Under the pieces are notes generated by a model. That model did no database searches. It worked only from the letters and a program-made list of their open reading frames with translations, and was not told the DNA's origin. Shown piece by piece: positions 45,259 to 56,113 of a stretch of DNA of 64,000 nt. Source of the stretch: Paracoccaceae bacterium (lineage in GTDB: Bacteria; Pseudomonadota; Alphaproteobacteria; Rhizobiales; Stappiaceae); assembly GCA_002709505.1 (NCBI GenBank), contig PARB01000045.1:21502-85501 (forward strand), written 5' to 3'. A program made the position numbers and the translations under genes. Each line of letters opens with the position of its first letter. Position 1 is the stretch's first letter.

Positions 45259-47454
45259 ATGAGACAGTCCTGGAAGAACGGCGGTTCCCGCAGTCGCATC
45301 TCCGGCCTTGCAGCCGTCCTCATGACCCTTCTGTTCAGCATCGCGCTCCCGGCGAGCACCCCTGCCGCGGACAGACATGCGCTGGTCATCGGCAACGCCG
45401 ACTATACGGGCGACACCCTGTCGGCCCTGAAGAATCCGGCCAACGATGCGGCGCTGATCGCCGACACGCTGGAAAAGGCCGGCTTCAAGGTGACGCTGGT
45501 GCTGGACGCCGACCTGCGCGACATGAAGCGCGCGGTGCGCGACTTCACCGAAACACTCGGAGCGGCCGGTCCCGGCGCGCTGGCGGCCGTCTACTACTCC
45601 GGCCACGGTTTCCAGGCCGGCGGGCGCAACTATCTCGCTCCGCTCGGCGCGGACCTGCGCGACGAGGTCGATGCCGAATTCGAGGCGCTTTCCGTCGACT
45701 GGGTGCTGTCGCGGGTCGAAGCCGCCCATGACGGTGCAAACATCGTCATTCTGGACGCCTGCCGCAACACCGCGCTGAGCCGCTCCATCGGCACCGGCAG
45801 CGAAGGCTTTGCGCTGCTGCAAAGCACGCCACGCGGCAGCTTCATCTCCTTCGCTACCGCGCCGGGCAGCACGGCCGCCGACGGCACCGGCCTCAACAGC
45901 CCCTATACAGCGGCCATCGCGGCGGAAATGCTCGTGCCCGGCCGCACGGTGGAAGCCGTCTTCAAAGCCGTGCGCCGGCGCGTCGTGGAAACCACCGGCG
46001 GCGAGCAGGTTCCCTGGGACCACTCCTCGCTGACCGCCGACGTGGTGTTCCTCCCCGACGGCTCCAGCGATATGGCGCCGGGCGACGCCACGGGTGCGGC
46101 CGTCTCGGACATGCAGATCGAGCTGCAGCTGTGGAACGACGTCAAGGACAGCAATGCGCCCGAGCAACTGCAGGCCTATCTCGACCGCTTCCCGCAAGGC
46201 GCCTTTGCGGCACTTGCCAGGTCCCGGCTGGAAACGGCGCAACAGGGCGGCACCGGCGAGGTCGAGAAGCTCTTCGCGCAGCTCGCCAGCCGCTCGCTCC
46301 TCGTCGACAATCCGACCCGGCCGCATGAGTTCTACAGCAACGCGCGCCTGCGCGAGATCCGCGGCGACTACCCCAAGGCGCGGCAGGACTATCTGAAATA
46401 CTTCGCCTTCGGCATGCCCCAGGTCGACCCGCATCTGCGGTTTCAGGCCGTGCTCAAGATCCAGGAGGGCCGCGAGGGAGCCCGGGAGGTCTACCGTGCG
46501 CTGTCGCAGGGCCGGCAGGACCCGACAACCCTTTTTGCGGAGATCCTGCTCGCCGAGCGCGAGGAACGCGTGCGCCGGCTGACGGCGTTTCTCACAGCGA
46601 ACCCGGAGTTCACGCCCGCCTATTACGCGCTGTCGCAGGACTTCAGCCTTGCCCGGCTCGGCCAGCAGTCGACGACCGACAAGACCCGCGAACACGAGCT
46701 CCTGACCCGCTTCATGGACGGCGTGGAGAGCGGACGTTTCCTGAGGTTCTATCTGGACCAGCAGATGGCCGCGGAGCAGATCGAGGACGCCAGGACGCGC
46801 CTTGCCGCGCTTTCCTTCCTCAACACCGCCGCGCTCGCCAATCCGGTGAAGCTCAACGCCATGCGCAGCAATCAGGGCTGGATGCTGACGCTCGCCATCG
46901 CCGACCGGGCACGGGAAATCTTCGTCCAGCTTCCCGGCGAGGACTTCAAATCGACCGGATTCGTCAATGGCGCGCTCGATCCGACCACGGGGCAGAAGAT
47001 CCCCTATCCGGCCTTCGAACTGCCGGGGACGGTTGGGGATACGGCGATCAATGTGCGCTACCGCGACATCCGCGACGAGATGCAGGGCCCCTTCACCGTC
47101 AGCTTCACACCGGCGACCGCGCTTGTCGCAGGGCAGAAGGACATTCTGGAGCGCCTGTCGAGCGGCTGGGTCAGCTTCCGCGACTGGGACGGCAAGCGCC
47201 TTGTCTACTTCTCGCATCTGATCAGCTACCGCTGCGCCATCGACAAGGTGATGTATGCAGTCGACGGCGACACGCCGGACACGCCTTTCGAGACCGGCCC
47301 CTGCGATCCGGACAATCCCCATGCCGTGCCCGACAGCGGGCCGGGATCGAAAATCCATATCACCGTGCCAAAGGCGACGGACTATGTGAGCGTCCAGCTC
47401 ACCTATGCGGACGGAACCCGCTCCGAGATCAAACGCTTCGACGCACCGAAATGA
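45259..47454 (+). CDS. Exported caspase-like (C14) protease with TPR-like and beta C-terminal domains
   Basis: Signal/TM segment; ALVIGNADY, YSGHG and ILDACRN (His-Cys dyad intact). Start could be 45229-45259. Confidence 0.9.
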   Translation: MRQSWKNGGSRSRISGLAAVLMTLLFSIALPASTPAADRHALVIGNADYTGDTLSALKNPANDAALIADTLEKAGFKVTLVLDADLRDMKRAVRDFTETLGAAGPGALAAVYYSGHGFQAGGRNYLAPLGADLRDEVDAEFEALSVDWVLSRVEAAHDGANIVILDACRNTALSRSIGTGSEGFALLQSTPRGSFISFATAPGSTAADGTGLNSPYTAAIAAEMLVPGRTVEAVFKAVRRRVVETTGGEQVPWDHSSLTADVVFLPDGSSDMAPGDATGAAVSDMQIELQLWNDVKDSNAPEQLQAYLDRFPQGAFAALARSRLETAQQGGTGEVEKLFAQLASRSLLVDNPTRPHEFYSNARLREIRGDYPKARQDYLKYFAFGMPQVDPHLRFQAVLKIQEGREGAREVYRALSQGRQDPTTLFAEILLAEREERVRRLTAFLTANPEFTPAYYALSQDFSLARLGQQSTTDKTREHELLTRFMDGVESGRFLRFYLDQQMAAEQIEDARTRLAALSFLNTAALANPVKLNAMRSNQGWMLTLAIADRAREIFVQLPGEDFKSTGFVNGALDPTTGQKIPYPAFELPGTVGDTAINVRYRDIRDEMQGPFTVSFTPATALVAGQKDILERLSSGWVSFRDWDGKRLVYFSHLISYRCAIDKVMYAVDGDTPDTPFETGPCDPDNPHAVPDSGPGSKIHITVPKATDYVSVQLTYADGTRSEIKRFDAPK

Positions 47455-47469
47455 CGGCCGGCTAGAAAG

Positions 47470-49392
47470 ATGACACCCGTACCCGCGCGCCGCCACCGGC
47501 GGCTGCAGGCGCTCGCCGCCGTCGTCATCGCGGCAGTGAGCGCCCTCGCCGCCGCTCCCTGGCTGGAACCGCGCGCCGGCGATCTGGCGCTGGTCCTCGC
47601 CCCCTCGCCCGAGACGGCGGTCGCCGATCAAATCGTCGTCGCGGCGATCACGGAGGAGACGCTTGCCGGTTTTCCATATCGCTCGCCCATCGACCGCGCG
47701 TTTCTCGCCGGACTGATCGAGCGACTGGACGCGGCCGGCGCGCGCACCATCGGTCTCGATATCCTGATCGACCAGCCGAGCGATCAGCAAAAGGATGCGC
47801 GCTTCTTTCAGGCCCTCGATGCATCAGCAACACCGGTGGTGCTGGCGCTGGCAACCCGCGACCACGGGCTGACAGACCGCCAGGCCGACTATGTCGCGCG
47901 CGCAATCGCCCCCCGCCCCGCCGGACTGATCGCGCTGGCCCGCGACGAGATCGACGGTGTTCTGCGGCATCTGCCGGGCGCGCGCCCGGGCATGGCCACT
48001 TTCGCGCAGGTCCTTGCAGGTGCCGGACCGGAGATGCCATCGGGGCGGATCCTCTATTCGCGTGCCATCAACGACGCCAGCCCGTTTCCCCTCTATCCGG
48101 CGCATCTGATCGCACAGCTTCCCGATGACTGGTTTGCCGGAAAGGTCGTCCTGATCGGTACGGACCTGCCGACCATCGACCGCCATCCGACGCCGATGAC
48201 GACGCTTGACGGGAGTGCCGCCGGCACCCTGCCCGGCGTCGTCATCCACGCGCATATCCTTGCACAAGCACTCGCCGGCCTCAGCCTGCGCCCGCTGTCC
48301 CCGCTGGCGGTCGGCATCGCGATCCTGGTAGCCGCGATCCTTGCAGCCGTCGCCTTTTCCACCCGCGCCGCGCCCCGGCATCTGGTTCTCGGCCTTGCGC
48401 TCACGCTTGTCGCCTATCTTGCCGTCGCTGGCATGCTGATTGCCCGCGCCGGCATCCTGCCGCCGCTCATCGCCCCGCCGCTGGCGGCAGTTGTTGCCGG
48501 CGGGCTGGTCGCGCTGGCGCGCTGGCGCGCGGATCATGCCGACCGCAGCTTTCTGCGCCATGCCTTCGCGCGCTACGTCAGCCCGTCGGTGGTGGAACGG
48601 ATCGCGAGCGGCCGACTGCAGCTCGCGCTCGGCGGGGAAAAGCGCGAGGTCACCTATCTCTTCACCGACCTGGAGGGCTTTACCAGCCTGTCGGAACGCC
48701 TGCCGCCCAACGAGGTCGCCGACCTGCTCAATGGCTATCTCGACCGCATGTGCGACCTGATCACCGAGCATGGCGCCACCATCGACAAGATCATCGGCGA
48801 TGCGGTCGTCTGTTTCTTCGGCGCGCCCGATAACGACCCGGACCAGGCGGACCATGCGCTCGCACTCGCGCTCGCCCTCGATGCCTTTGCCGAAACCCAT
48901 CGCGCGCGCCTTTTGGAGGAGAAAGGCATCGCGCTTGGCGTCACCCGGATCGGCGTGCATCGCGGCGAGGCGGTCATCGGCAATTTCGGAGGACGCCGCT
49001 TCTTCGATTACACCGGCGTCGGCGACACGGTGAACACCGCCGCCCGCCTGGAAGGCGCCAACAAGTATCTCGGCACGCGGATCCTGGTCAGCGAAACCGT
49101 CGCGCGCGATGGCGCTGCGGCCTGCGTTCTGCGCCCGGCCGCCACTCTGGTTCTCAAGGGACGCGCCAGCGCGCTTGCCTGTTTCGAACCCCGCCCGGCG
49201 GAAGACGCACAGGCGGAATGGCTGGCGACTTATGACGCTGCCTTCGCCCGGCTCGATGCACACAGCGAGGAGGCGCAGGCTGCCTTCGAAGCGGTGCTTG
49301 CGCTGAAGCCGGACGACCCGCTGGCACACCTTCATCTGGAGCGGTTGCGGCGGGGCGAGGAAGGCGCGACACTCACCCTTGGCGGAAAATAG
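47470..49392 (+). CDS. CHASE2 class III adenylate cyclase
   Basis: CHASE2 (RSPIDR, IGLDILID, GKVVLIG, PGVVIHA), three TM helices, FTDLEGFT, DKIIGDAV, DYTGVGDTVNTAARLE. Confidence 0.94.
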   Translation: MTPVPARRHRRLQALAAVVIAAVSALAAAPWLEPRAGDLALVLAPSPETAVADQIVVAAITEETLAGFPYRSPIDRAFLAGLIERLDAAGARTIGLDILIDQPSDQQKDARFFQALDASATPVVLALATRDHGLTDRQADYVARAIAPRPAGLIALARDEIDGVLRHLPGARPGMATFAQVLAGAGPEMPSGRILYSRAINDASPFPLYPAHLIAQLPDDWFAGKVVLIGTDLPTIDRHPTPMTTLDGSAAGTLPGVVIHAHILAQALAGLSLRPLSPLAVGIAILVAAILAAVAFSTRAAPRHLVLGLALTLVAYLAVAGMLIARAGILPPLIAPPLAAVVAGGLVALARWRADHADRSFLRHAFARYVSPSVVERIASGRLQLALGGEKREVTYLFTDLEGFTSLSERLPPNEVADLLNGYLDRMCDLITEHGATIDKIIGDAVVCFFGAPDNDPDQADHALALALALDAFAETHRARLLEEKGIALGVTRIGVHRGEAVIGNFGGRRFFDYTGVGDTVNTAARLEGANKYLGTRILVSETVARDGAAACVLRPAATLVLKGRASALACFEPRPAEDAQAEWLATYDAAFARLDAHSEEAQAAFEAVLALKPDDPLAHLHLERLRRGEEGATLTLGGK

Positions 49393-49419
49393 GCAATCGG
49401 GGCCGGACAAACGCAGGAG

Positions 49420-50205
49420 ATGGACATGAAACGGCTTTCTGGGAGGCACCCGCGCCATGCCGCGCGCACGGCCTTCCGCGCCACGGTTGCGCTTGTGACC
49501 TTGTCCCTGACCGTCGGCATGGCGCGCGCGGATTTCGTCGTTTTGGCCGCAAGCGGAGCGTCCGGCGCGCTCCAGCCGGGAGCGCGCCTTGCAGACGACG
49601 CGACGCTCACCTTGCCCGACGGCGCCAAGGTCACGCTGATGTCCAAAGACGGGCGCATGCTGACCCTTGAGGGCGTCTATTCGGGTCCGGTCGACCCGCA
49701 GCAGGATGCATCGGCGACAGCGACCGGCAGCGACGGGACCCTGAAGAAACTATCGAAACTGCTTCAGGGCGCCGATGCCCGCTCCACCGTGCTGGGCGCC
49801 GCCCGCGCCGGTGCTGGCGACATTCCCCCGCCGCCGGGCATCTGGCACATCAGCGTCGACAGCTCGGGTCCGCGCTGCGTGCAGCCGGGAGCGCTTCAGC
49901 TCTGGCGGCGCGATGCCGGGCAGGACAGCCCCGTCACCCTGCGCAGCGGCTCCGGCCGGCGCGACGGCCTCACTTTCGCGAAAGACAGGCATGTGCTGGC
50001 GGTCGAGAATGCGGTGAGCGAAGACGACGACCGGCTGCTGGTCTCGCTCGGAGACGACCTGCGCGACCTCGCACTCGCCCACCGTCCGGACACGCTTGCC
50101 GACGCCTCTCCCGGCGAACTCCTCGTCTGGATGCTGGACAGCGACTGCAAGCGCCAGGCGCTCACCCTGATCGGACGCGTTCACGCCGGACAACCGCTCG
50201 ACTGA
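49420..50205 (+). CDS. Periplasmic protein with a FecR-like beta N-domain
   Basis: Signal peptide (ARA); LQPGARL...LTLPDGAKVTL; co-oriented directly after the cyclase. Confidence 0.7.
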   Translation: MDMKRLSGRHPRHAARTAFRATVALVTLSLTVGMARADFVVLAASGASGALQPGARLADDATLTLPDGAKVTLMSKDGRMLTLEGVYSGPVDPQQDASATATGSDGTLKKLSKLLQGADARSTVLGAARAGAGDIPPPPGIWHISVDSSGPRCVQPGALQLWRRDAGQDSPVTLRSGSGRRDGLTFAKDRHVLAVENAVSEDDDRLLVSLGDDLRDLALAHRPDTLADASPGELLVWMLDSDCKRQALTLIGRVHAGQPLD

Positions 50206-50241
50206 TCCGGCAAGCCGAGGCTTTCGCGAAGGGTAACTGTC

Positions 50242-51480
50242 TCAGGCGAGTGCCGGACGCGGAGTGCGGGTACGCCACATCACCAGGCAGATGACCGCGA
50301 TATTCAGCAGGTTCCAGGCGATGCCATTGAGGAATGCCGCCTGATAGGACGCCGTCAGGTCGTAGATCCAGCCGGACATCCACCCGCCGAGCGCCATGCC
50401 GACGATTGTCGCGGTGATCACCATGCCGACGCGCCGGCCGGCCTCGCGCGCGGGCATATATTCGCGTACCACGATGGCATAGCTCGACACGATACCGCCC
50501 TGCGACAGACCGAAGATCAGCGACACCATATAGAGCGACGCCAGACCGTCGTAGGGAATATAGAGCAGGAGCGCCAGACACTGCAGCACGGCGCCGATCA
50601 GCAGGGTCGGAACGCCGCCGATCTTGTCGGCCAGCACCCCCGAGATCAGCCGGCTGGCAATCCCGCCGGCAAGCATCAGCGACAGCATTTCCGCGCCCCG
50701 CGCCACGCCGTAGCCGAGATCGACGCAATAGGCGACGATATGAACCTGTGGCATCGACATGGCGACGCAGCAGCCCAGACCGGCGATGATCAAAAGCCCC
50801 TGCAGGGCGCGCGGCGACATGGCGATCTGCCGGGCGGGCGGGGCCTCGGGAACGGACTGGGCAAGACCGCGCGATGCCATATGCGGCGGCGGACGACGCA
50901 GCAGGAAGGCGACCGGGATCAGCACGCAGAGACAAACGGTGCCGACGAAAAGATAAGCGCCGCGCCAGCCATGATCCTGCATCACCGCCTGAAGCACCAG
51001 CGGCCAGATCGCGCCGGCGAAATAATTGCCCGAGGCGGTGGCGGCGACCGCAAGACCGCGCCGCTTGGCGAACCAGTGCGAGACATCGGCGAGCAGCGGG
51101 CCGAAGGTCGCGGCGGACCCGAAACCGATGAGTGCGCCCTGCAGGATTGCGAAAACGAGCAGGGACTGGGCCTGCGACGCGAGCAGGAACCCGGAGCCGA
51201 GCGCGGCGGAGGCAATGGCGAGCGGTGCGGTGACGCCGTAGCGATCGACGAAGCGGCCGATCAGCAGATTGCCGAGCGCGAAGCCCATCATGGTGGCTGT
51301 ATAGGGCAGCGAGGCGTCCGCGCGGTCGACCCCGAACTCGGCTTCCACCGAGGGCAGCACGACGATCACCGACCACATGCCGACGCCGCCGACGGTGGCG
51401 AGCAGCATCGACAGGCCGAGGCGCAGCCAGGCATAGGCGCTATCGACGCCGCCGGGCGTCGGGGTGTCCGCAGTCGACAT
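50242..51480 (-). CDS. MFS transporter
   Basis: About 12 TM helices; GRFVDRYG, WFAKRRGLA, GVLADKIG. Confidence 0.93.
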   Translation of the reverse strand: MSTADTPTPGGVDSAYAWLRLGLSMLLATVGGVGMWSVIVVLPSVEAEFGVDRADASLPYTATMMGFALGNLLIGRFVDRYGVTAPLAIASAALGSGFLLASQAQSLLVFAILQGALIGFGSAATFGPLLADVSHWFAKRRGLAVAATASGNYFAGAIWPLVLQAVMQDHGWRGAYLFVGTVCLCVLIPVAFLLRRPPPHMASRGLAQSVPEAPPARQIAMSPRALQGLLIIAGLGCCVAMSMPQVHIVAYCVDLGYGVARGAEMLSLMLAGGIASRLISGVLADKIGGVPTLLIGAVLQCLALLLYIPYDGLASLYMVSLIFGLSQGGIVSSYAIVVREYMPAREAGRRVGMVITATIVGMALGGWMSGWIYDLTASYQAAFLNGIAWNLLNIAVICLVMWRTRTPRPALA

Positions 51481-51568
51481 GCGCGGGAAATCCTCGGATC
51501 ACTTCAGGCGTGGTCCTTTCGAGGTACAACCGCCTGATCGTTCTGGCAATCCCGGAGCGACTGATTTC

Positions 51569-52636
51569 CTAGCAGGCTTTGACGAGAGCGTCGGTCGCCG
51601 CTTCCATGGTTTGCTCCGCTGCGCGCGGCGCCGGCTCACCGGCCAGCCGTTTCATCAACCAGGCGCCATCACCATCGCTGGAGCGGCGATAGGACATGTC
51701 CCGTTCCGGCGGGATCGACGCGATGCCGTCAAGCGTGCGCTCACCGATGGCAAAGCGGAATGCGTAGCCGGGCGTCAGACCCATGCGCAGGTCCGAGACC
51801 ACCACCTTGCCGCCGGCTTCCTCAGCGCGGAAATAGCCCCGGCTGAACCAGACGAGTTTCTCGAACGCGTCGGAGCCGGACAGGCAGGCGACGAGATCGG
51901 GTCGACGCGGGTGGGTGTAGATCGGGGTATCCGCCCCGTCGGGATCGAGCAGCGACAGATAAACATTGTGATATCGATCCTCTTCAAGCCCGATGACCTT
52001 CCAGACGACGGTCGTGAAGGGCGCTGCGATGGCGAAGACCCGGTCGGGTTCGACGCCGGCCCGCGCGAACACCGCCTTGGCCCGCGCCTCCATATGCCCC
52101 TGAAGGATGACCGACAGGCCGAGATAGGCCGTACTGACGACAAGTGCCGTCGTCAGCCCGCGCGCGAACCCGCGCCCCCAATCACGCTTGAACAGCGCCC
52201 ACACGGTCACAAAGAGAAGCGGCAGAGTGTAGAGCGGATCGATGATGAAGACCGATCCGACCCCCACCGGATCTGGATAAAGCGGCCAGAACAGCCGCGT
52301 CCCGTAGACCGTCATCGCATCGATGATCGCGTGGGTCGACAGACACAGATAGACGGTGAGCCAGACAAGCCAGCGCTTGTCGCGCAGCACGCGAAAGATC
52401 CGCATCAGCGCCTCGCCGATCACCGGCGCGGCCAGCGCCTGGATGAACAGCGAATGCGTCGCCCCGCGATGCAGCACGAAACTGTCGACCGGATCGTCGA
52501 AGGGAATGAAAACGTCGAGGTCCGGCAAGGTGCCGAGCGCACCGCCGACGAGAGCGGCCTTGCGCGGACCGAGCGTCTTGCCGAGGCAGGCGGTGGAGAC
52601 CGCCGCACCGAGGAGAAATTGGGTAAGCGAATCCAT
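51569..52636 (-). CDS. Membrane metal-dependent hydrolase (YdjM/YfhP-like)
   Basis: MDSLTQ, PDLD, HRGATHS, THAIID..T.YGT, FIIDPLYT. Confidence 0.9.
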   Translation of the reverse strand: MDSLTQFLLGAAVSTACLGKTLGPRKAALVGGALGTLPDLDVFIPFDDPVDSFVLHRGATHSLFIQALAAPVIGEALMRIFRVLRDKRWLVWLTVYLCLSTHAIIDAMTVYGTRLFWPLYPDPVGVGSVFIIDPLYTLPLLFVTVWALFKRDWGRGFARGLTTALVVSTAYLGLSVILQGHMEARAKAVFARAGVEPDRVFAIAAPFTTVVWKVIGLEEDRYHNVYLSLLDPDGADTPIYTHPRRPDLVACLSGSDAFEKLVWFSRGYFRAEEAGGKVVVSDLRMGLTPGYAFRFAIGERTLDGIASIPPERDMSYRRSSDGDGAWLMKRLAGEPAPRAAEQTMEAATDALVKAC

Positions 52637-52785
52637 GCGGGTCTTTTCCGGGTCCGGAACGGGCGGCGGGCGGTCCGCCAAGCCGTCTCGCCCACGGCGA
52701 GCTGGCACGGCGACTTGACGCGATGCGCCGAACATAGGGCATCGCCTCAGGGAGACCAGCCCGCAAACTGCCGGCCAGCCGCCCC

Positions 52786-54885
52786 TTACCCCTCGCTGTT
52801 CAGCGAGGCGAAGGTCTTTCCCTCCTCCGCCAGACGCACGAGCAATGGCGCCGGCTCCCAGAAGAAGGCATCCTCCTTCGCGAACTCGCGAAGATCGGCG
52901 AGGATGGTTTTCAGGCCCACCGTGTCGGCGTAATGCATCGGCCCGCCGCGCCAGCGCGGGAAGCCGTAGCCGAACAGCATCGTCACATCGACGTCGAGCG
53001 GACGCAGGGCAATGCCTTCCTCGACCGTCTTCGCCGCCTCGTTGATCATCGCCGCCATATAGCGGCGGATGATCTCGGCGTCGCTGAAGTCGCGCGGCAC
53101 GATCCCCTTGGCCTCGCGCTCGGCCGCGATGATCGCCTCCACCTCCGGGTCGGGCGTGCCCCGGCGTGCACCTTCCTCGTAGCGGTAGAACCCGCGGCCC
53201 GTCTTCTGGCCGAACCATTCGCGTTCGCACAGCCGGTCGGCGAAACCGACGACACGCTCGCGCGGGTCACGGGTCGCGGCGCGCCGCTTGCGGCCGGCCC
53301 AGGCGATATCGAGACCGGCGAGGTCGCCGACCGCAAAGGGCCCCATCGGAAAGCCGAAATCCACCAACGCGGCATCGATCCGGTAGGGGCTTGCCCCGTC
53401 CTCGACCATATAGTCGGCAGCCTTGCGATAGGTGTTCAGCAGCCGGTTGCCGATGAAGCCGTCGCACACGCCGGCGCGCACCGCGACCTTCTTCATCCGC
53501 TTGGCGAGCGCGAAGCCGGTGACGACCACGTCGGCGGCGGTCTTGTCGGCAACAACCACCTCCAGCAACCGCATGACATGCGCCGGCGAGAAGAAGTGAA
53601 ACCCGATCACGTCCTGCGGCCGGGCCGTCGCCGCCGCGATCTCGTTGACATCAAGATAGGAGGTGTTGGTCGCCAGGATCGCGCGGTCCTTGCACACCGC
53701 GTCGAGCTTGCGGAACACCTCCTTCTTGACCTCCATGTCCTCGAACACCGCCTCGATGACCAGGTCGGCCTCCGCGAGCGCCGCGTAGTCCGTTGCGACC
53801 CGGAAGAGACCGGCCAGGATTCCGTCGCGCTTGGAAGCATCCATCTTCCCGCGCCGCACGCCATCGTCGAGGAGACGCGCCACCATCGCATGAGCGCGCT
53901 CGGCGCTCGCGTCATCGCGCTCGACCAGGGTCACGTCGAGACCGCTTCCAAGTGCTGCGACCGCGATGCCGCTGCCCATGGTGCCGCCGCCGATGATGCC
54001 GACCGTATGGAGCGGGCGTGCCGTCGCCTGACCGGCTTCCGGGATTTTGGCAACCGCGCGTTCGGCGAAAAACGCATGGATCAGCCCGGCGCGCTGGTCG
54101 GAGGCCATCAGCTCGGTAAAGAGCGCCCGCTCGCGCGACAGCCCCTCAAGGAACGGCAGGTCGTAGGCCGCCTCCACCGCGTCGATCGCGATCATCGGCG
54201 ACAGCTGCCCGCGCGCGCGCTTCTGCGTCGCCTTTCGCACGTCTGCGAACAGCGCCTCGTCCTTCGCTCCCGGATCGATCTCGCCCGTGCGTATGAGCGC
54301 CGGCGCCTTGTCGAGATAGGATCGCGCGAATGCCAGACCCGCGTTGAGCGCATCATCGTCGCGCGACACCGCATCGACGATCCCGAGCGTTTCGGCCTCG
54401 GTCGCACCGACATGGCGGCCCGAAGTGATCAGGTCGAGTGCGGCCTTCGCGCCGGTGAGGCGCGGCAGCCGCTGGGTGCCGCCGGCGCCGGGAAGAATGC
54501 CTAGCGTCACTTCCGGAAGCCCGACGCGGGCGCTTTCCAGTGCCACGCGCGCGTGACAGCCGAGCGCAACCTCGAGCCCGCCGCCAAGCGCGGTGCCATG
54601 AAGGGCTGCCACAACCGGCTTGTCGCAGGCCTCGATTCCATTGATCACGTCGGGAAGAAACGGTTCGGCCATCGGCTTGCCGAACTCCTTGATATCCGCA
54701 CCCGCAATGAAGGTCCGCCCGACGCCGTAAAGCACCGCGATGCGGGCGCTGTCGTCCTGCGCGAAGCGGGCGAGCGCGTCGTCGAGCCCGGCCCGCACGG
54801 CCTGCGACAGGGAATTCACCGGCGGATTGTCCACCGCGATGCGCGCAATGCCATTTTCAACGGAGTAGCGAACGGGGTCTGTCAC
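52786..54885 (-). CDS. Enoyl-CoA hydratase / 3-hydroxyacyl-CoA dehydrogenase
   Basis: NPPVNSL, GGGLE, GGGTMGSG, TNTSYL, HFFSPA. Confidence 0.95.
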   Translation of the reverse strand: MTDPVRYSVENGIARIAVDNPPVNSLSQAVRAGLDDALARFAQDDSARIAVLYGVGRTFIAGADIKEFGKPMAEPFLPDVINGIEACDKPVVAALHGTALGGGLEVALGCHARVALESARVGLPEVTLGILPGAGGTQRLPRLTGAKAALDLITSGRHVGATEAETLGIVDAVSRDDDALNAGLAFARSYLDKAPALIRTGEIDPGAKDEALFADVRKATQKRARGQLSPMIAIDAVEAAYDLPFLEGLSRERALFTELMASDQRAGLIHAFFAERAVAKIPEAGQATARPLHTVGIIGGGTMGSGIAVAALGSGLDVTLVERDDASAERAHAMVARLLDDGVRRGKMDASKRDGILAGLFRVATDYAALAEADLVIEAVFEDMEVKKEVFRKLDAVCKDRAILATNTSYLDVNEIAAATARPQDVIGFHFFSPAHVMRLLEVVVADKTAADVVVTGFALAKRMKKVAVRAGVCDGFIGNRLLNTYRKAADYMVEDGASPYRIDAALVDFGFPMGPFAVGDLAGLDIAWAGRKRRAATRDPRERVVGFADRLCEREWFGQKTGRGFYRYEEGARRGTPDPEVEAIIAAEREAKGIVPRDFSDAEIIRRYMAAMINEAAKTVEEGIALRPLDVDVTMLFGYGFPRWRGGPMHYADTVGLKTILADLREFAKEDAFFWEPAPLLVRLAEEGKTFASLNSEG

Positions 54886-55035
54886 GAACCAAGTCTCCCT
54901 GACGAGTGTCTGAAGGCGGGTGTCACGCGCCGCGCAGTCTAAGCAGCGGCCGAGTTGTTTCAATCTTAAAATATGTCGCGCGGGCTGCTGCGCAGGCTGC
55001 GCCTGCACGCCGAACGGCGCGCACGCCTTGCACGC

Positions 55036-55866
55036 TCACGCGGTGATCTCAAGCGCGATATCGGCAAGCGGCACCCCCTCCACCCGGGTCGCCCAGGTCT
55101 CGCCCGGCGCGACGGGAAAGGCCCGCGTCAGCGTCCCCGTCGTTACGATCGCACCGGGACCCACAGGTTCGGCCAGCGCCGTCGCCGGCAGCCCGTCGAC
55201 CATCGCCTTCAGGGCACTTAAGGGCCCGCCGAGCACATTCTCCGACGCGCCCCGGTCGATGACCTCGCCGTCCTTTGCCAAGGACAGCGTGAAAGCGGAC
55301 AGGGCCGCGAACCAGCCATCGCGGTTGTCATCCGTCACCGCGACAAAAGGACGATGCCTGAGCAATCCATGCAGCGCAAAAGCGGCAACCGTGTCGGGCG
55401 CGCAAAACCGCCAGTCGGGATAGGGGGACTGCACGAGTTCAAAGCCGAGCGCGACGCCGTCGATACAGGCAAGAAGCTCCGCCTCGCTCGATCCCTCACG
55501 CAGCGGCCTTGCGACCCGGAACACGATCTCCGGCTCGATCCGCGGTTCCATCAGCCGCGCAACGCCGCAGCTTGCCGTCCTATCATCCGTCGCGACATCG
55601 ACGGTGCTGTCATAGACCGGGCCCCAGATCGGCGCATGCACGTCGTATTCGTCCCAGATCGTCCTGTTGGTGAAACCGATTTTCCAGCCGACCGGCGTCT
55701 CGCCGCCCGCGATCCGATGCGCCCGTATCTCAGCCGACACACCGTAGGCAGCCGCAAGATCGAAACCGGGGTCACGGTCGGTGACCGGCGCGCGGGATCC
55801 CGCACGTCGAGCGACCTCGAGCAAGGTCCGGGCAATCTCGCCGCGCGTGGCGTCCTGGCCGTTCAT
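55036..55866 (-). CDS. 2-keto-4-pentenoate hydratase-like (FAH family)
   Basis: GWKIGFTN, EPRIEPEIVF, VTTGTLT. Confidence 0.9.
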   Translation of the reverse strand: MNGQDATRGEIARTLLEVARRAGSRAPVTDRDPGFDLAAAYGVSAEIRAHRIAGGETPVGWKIGFTNRTIWDEYDVHAPIWGPVYDSTVDVATDDRTASCGVARLMEPRIEPEIVFRVARPLREGSSEAELLACIDGVALGFELVQSPYPDWRFCAPDTVAAFALHGLLRHRPFVAVTDDNRDGWFAALSAFTLSLAKDGEVIDRGASENVLGGPLSALKAMVDGLPATALAEPVGPGAIVTTGTLTRAFPVAPGETWATRVEGVPLADIALEITA

Positions 55867-56113
55867 AGCGTTACTCCCGGTCCCGCGGTCGGCGCGCAAG
55901 GCGCCCCATGCAATTGTTTCGCGCGCAACGATGCCGAGCCGGACGGAGCTTGGCAAGCCATGCTTCGGTCAATATTGCAAGGGAAGAGGGATAACGAGGG
56001 CGCTTGCGCTTGCGCCCTTGGCGGCGCGCGCTCGTGTGCGCCGCTTTGCAACATGATCGCATTCCGGCGAGCCGCCGGAATTTCAAAAGATATTCAAGCC
56101 CCTGCGAGGACCC

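Noticed and set aside
44782-47790. 1002-aa minus-strand ORF and similar long ORFs (36410-38110, 41356-43284, 47824-49458, 52933-54504, 57269-58900)
   Set aside because: Antisense shadows of well-supported genes, expected in high-GC DNA; no recognisable motifs.
52637-53230. N-terminal extension of the metal-dependent hydrolase
   Set aside because: Overlaps the upstream dehydrogenase; the family starts at MDSLTQ (52636).
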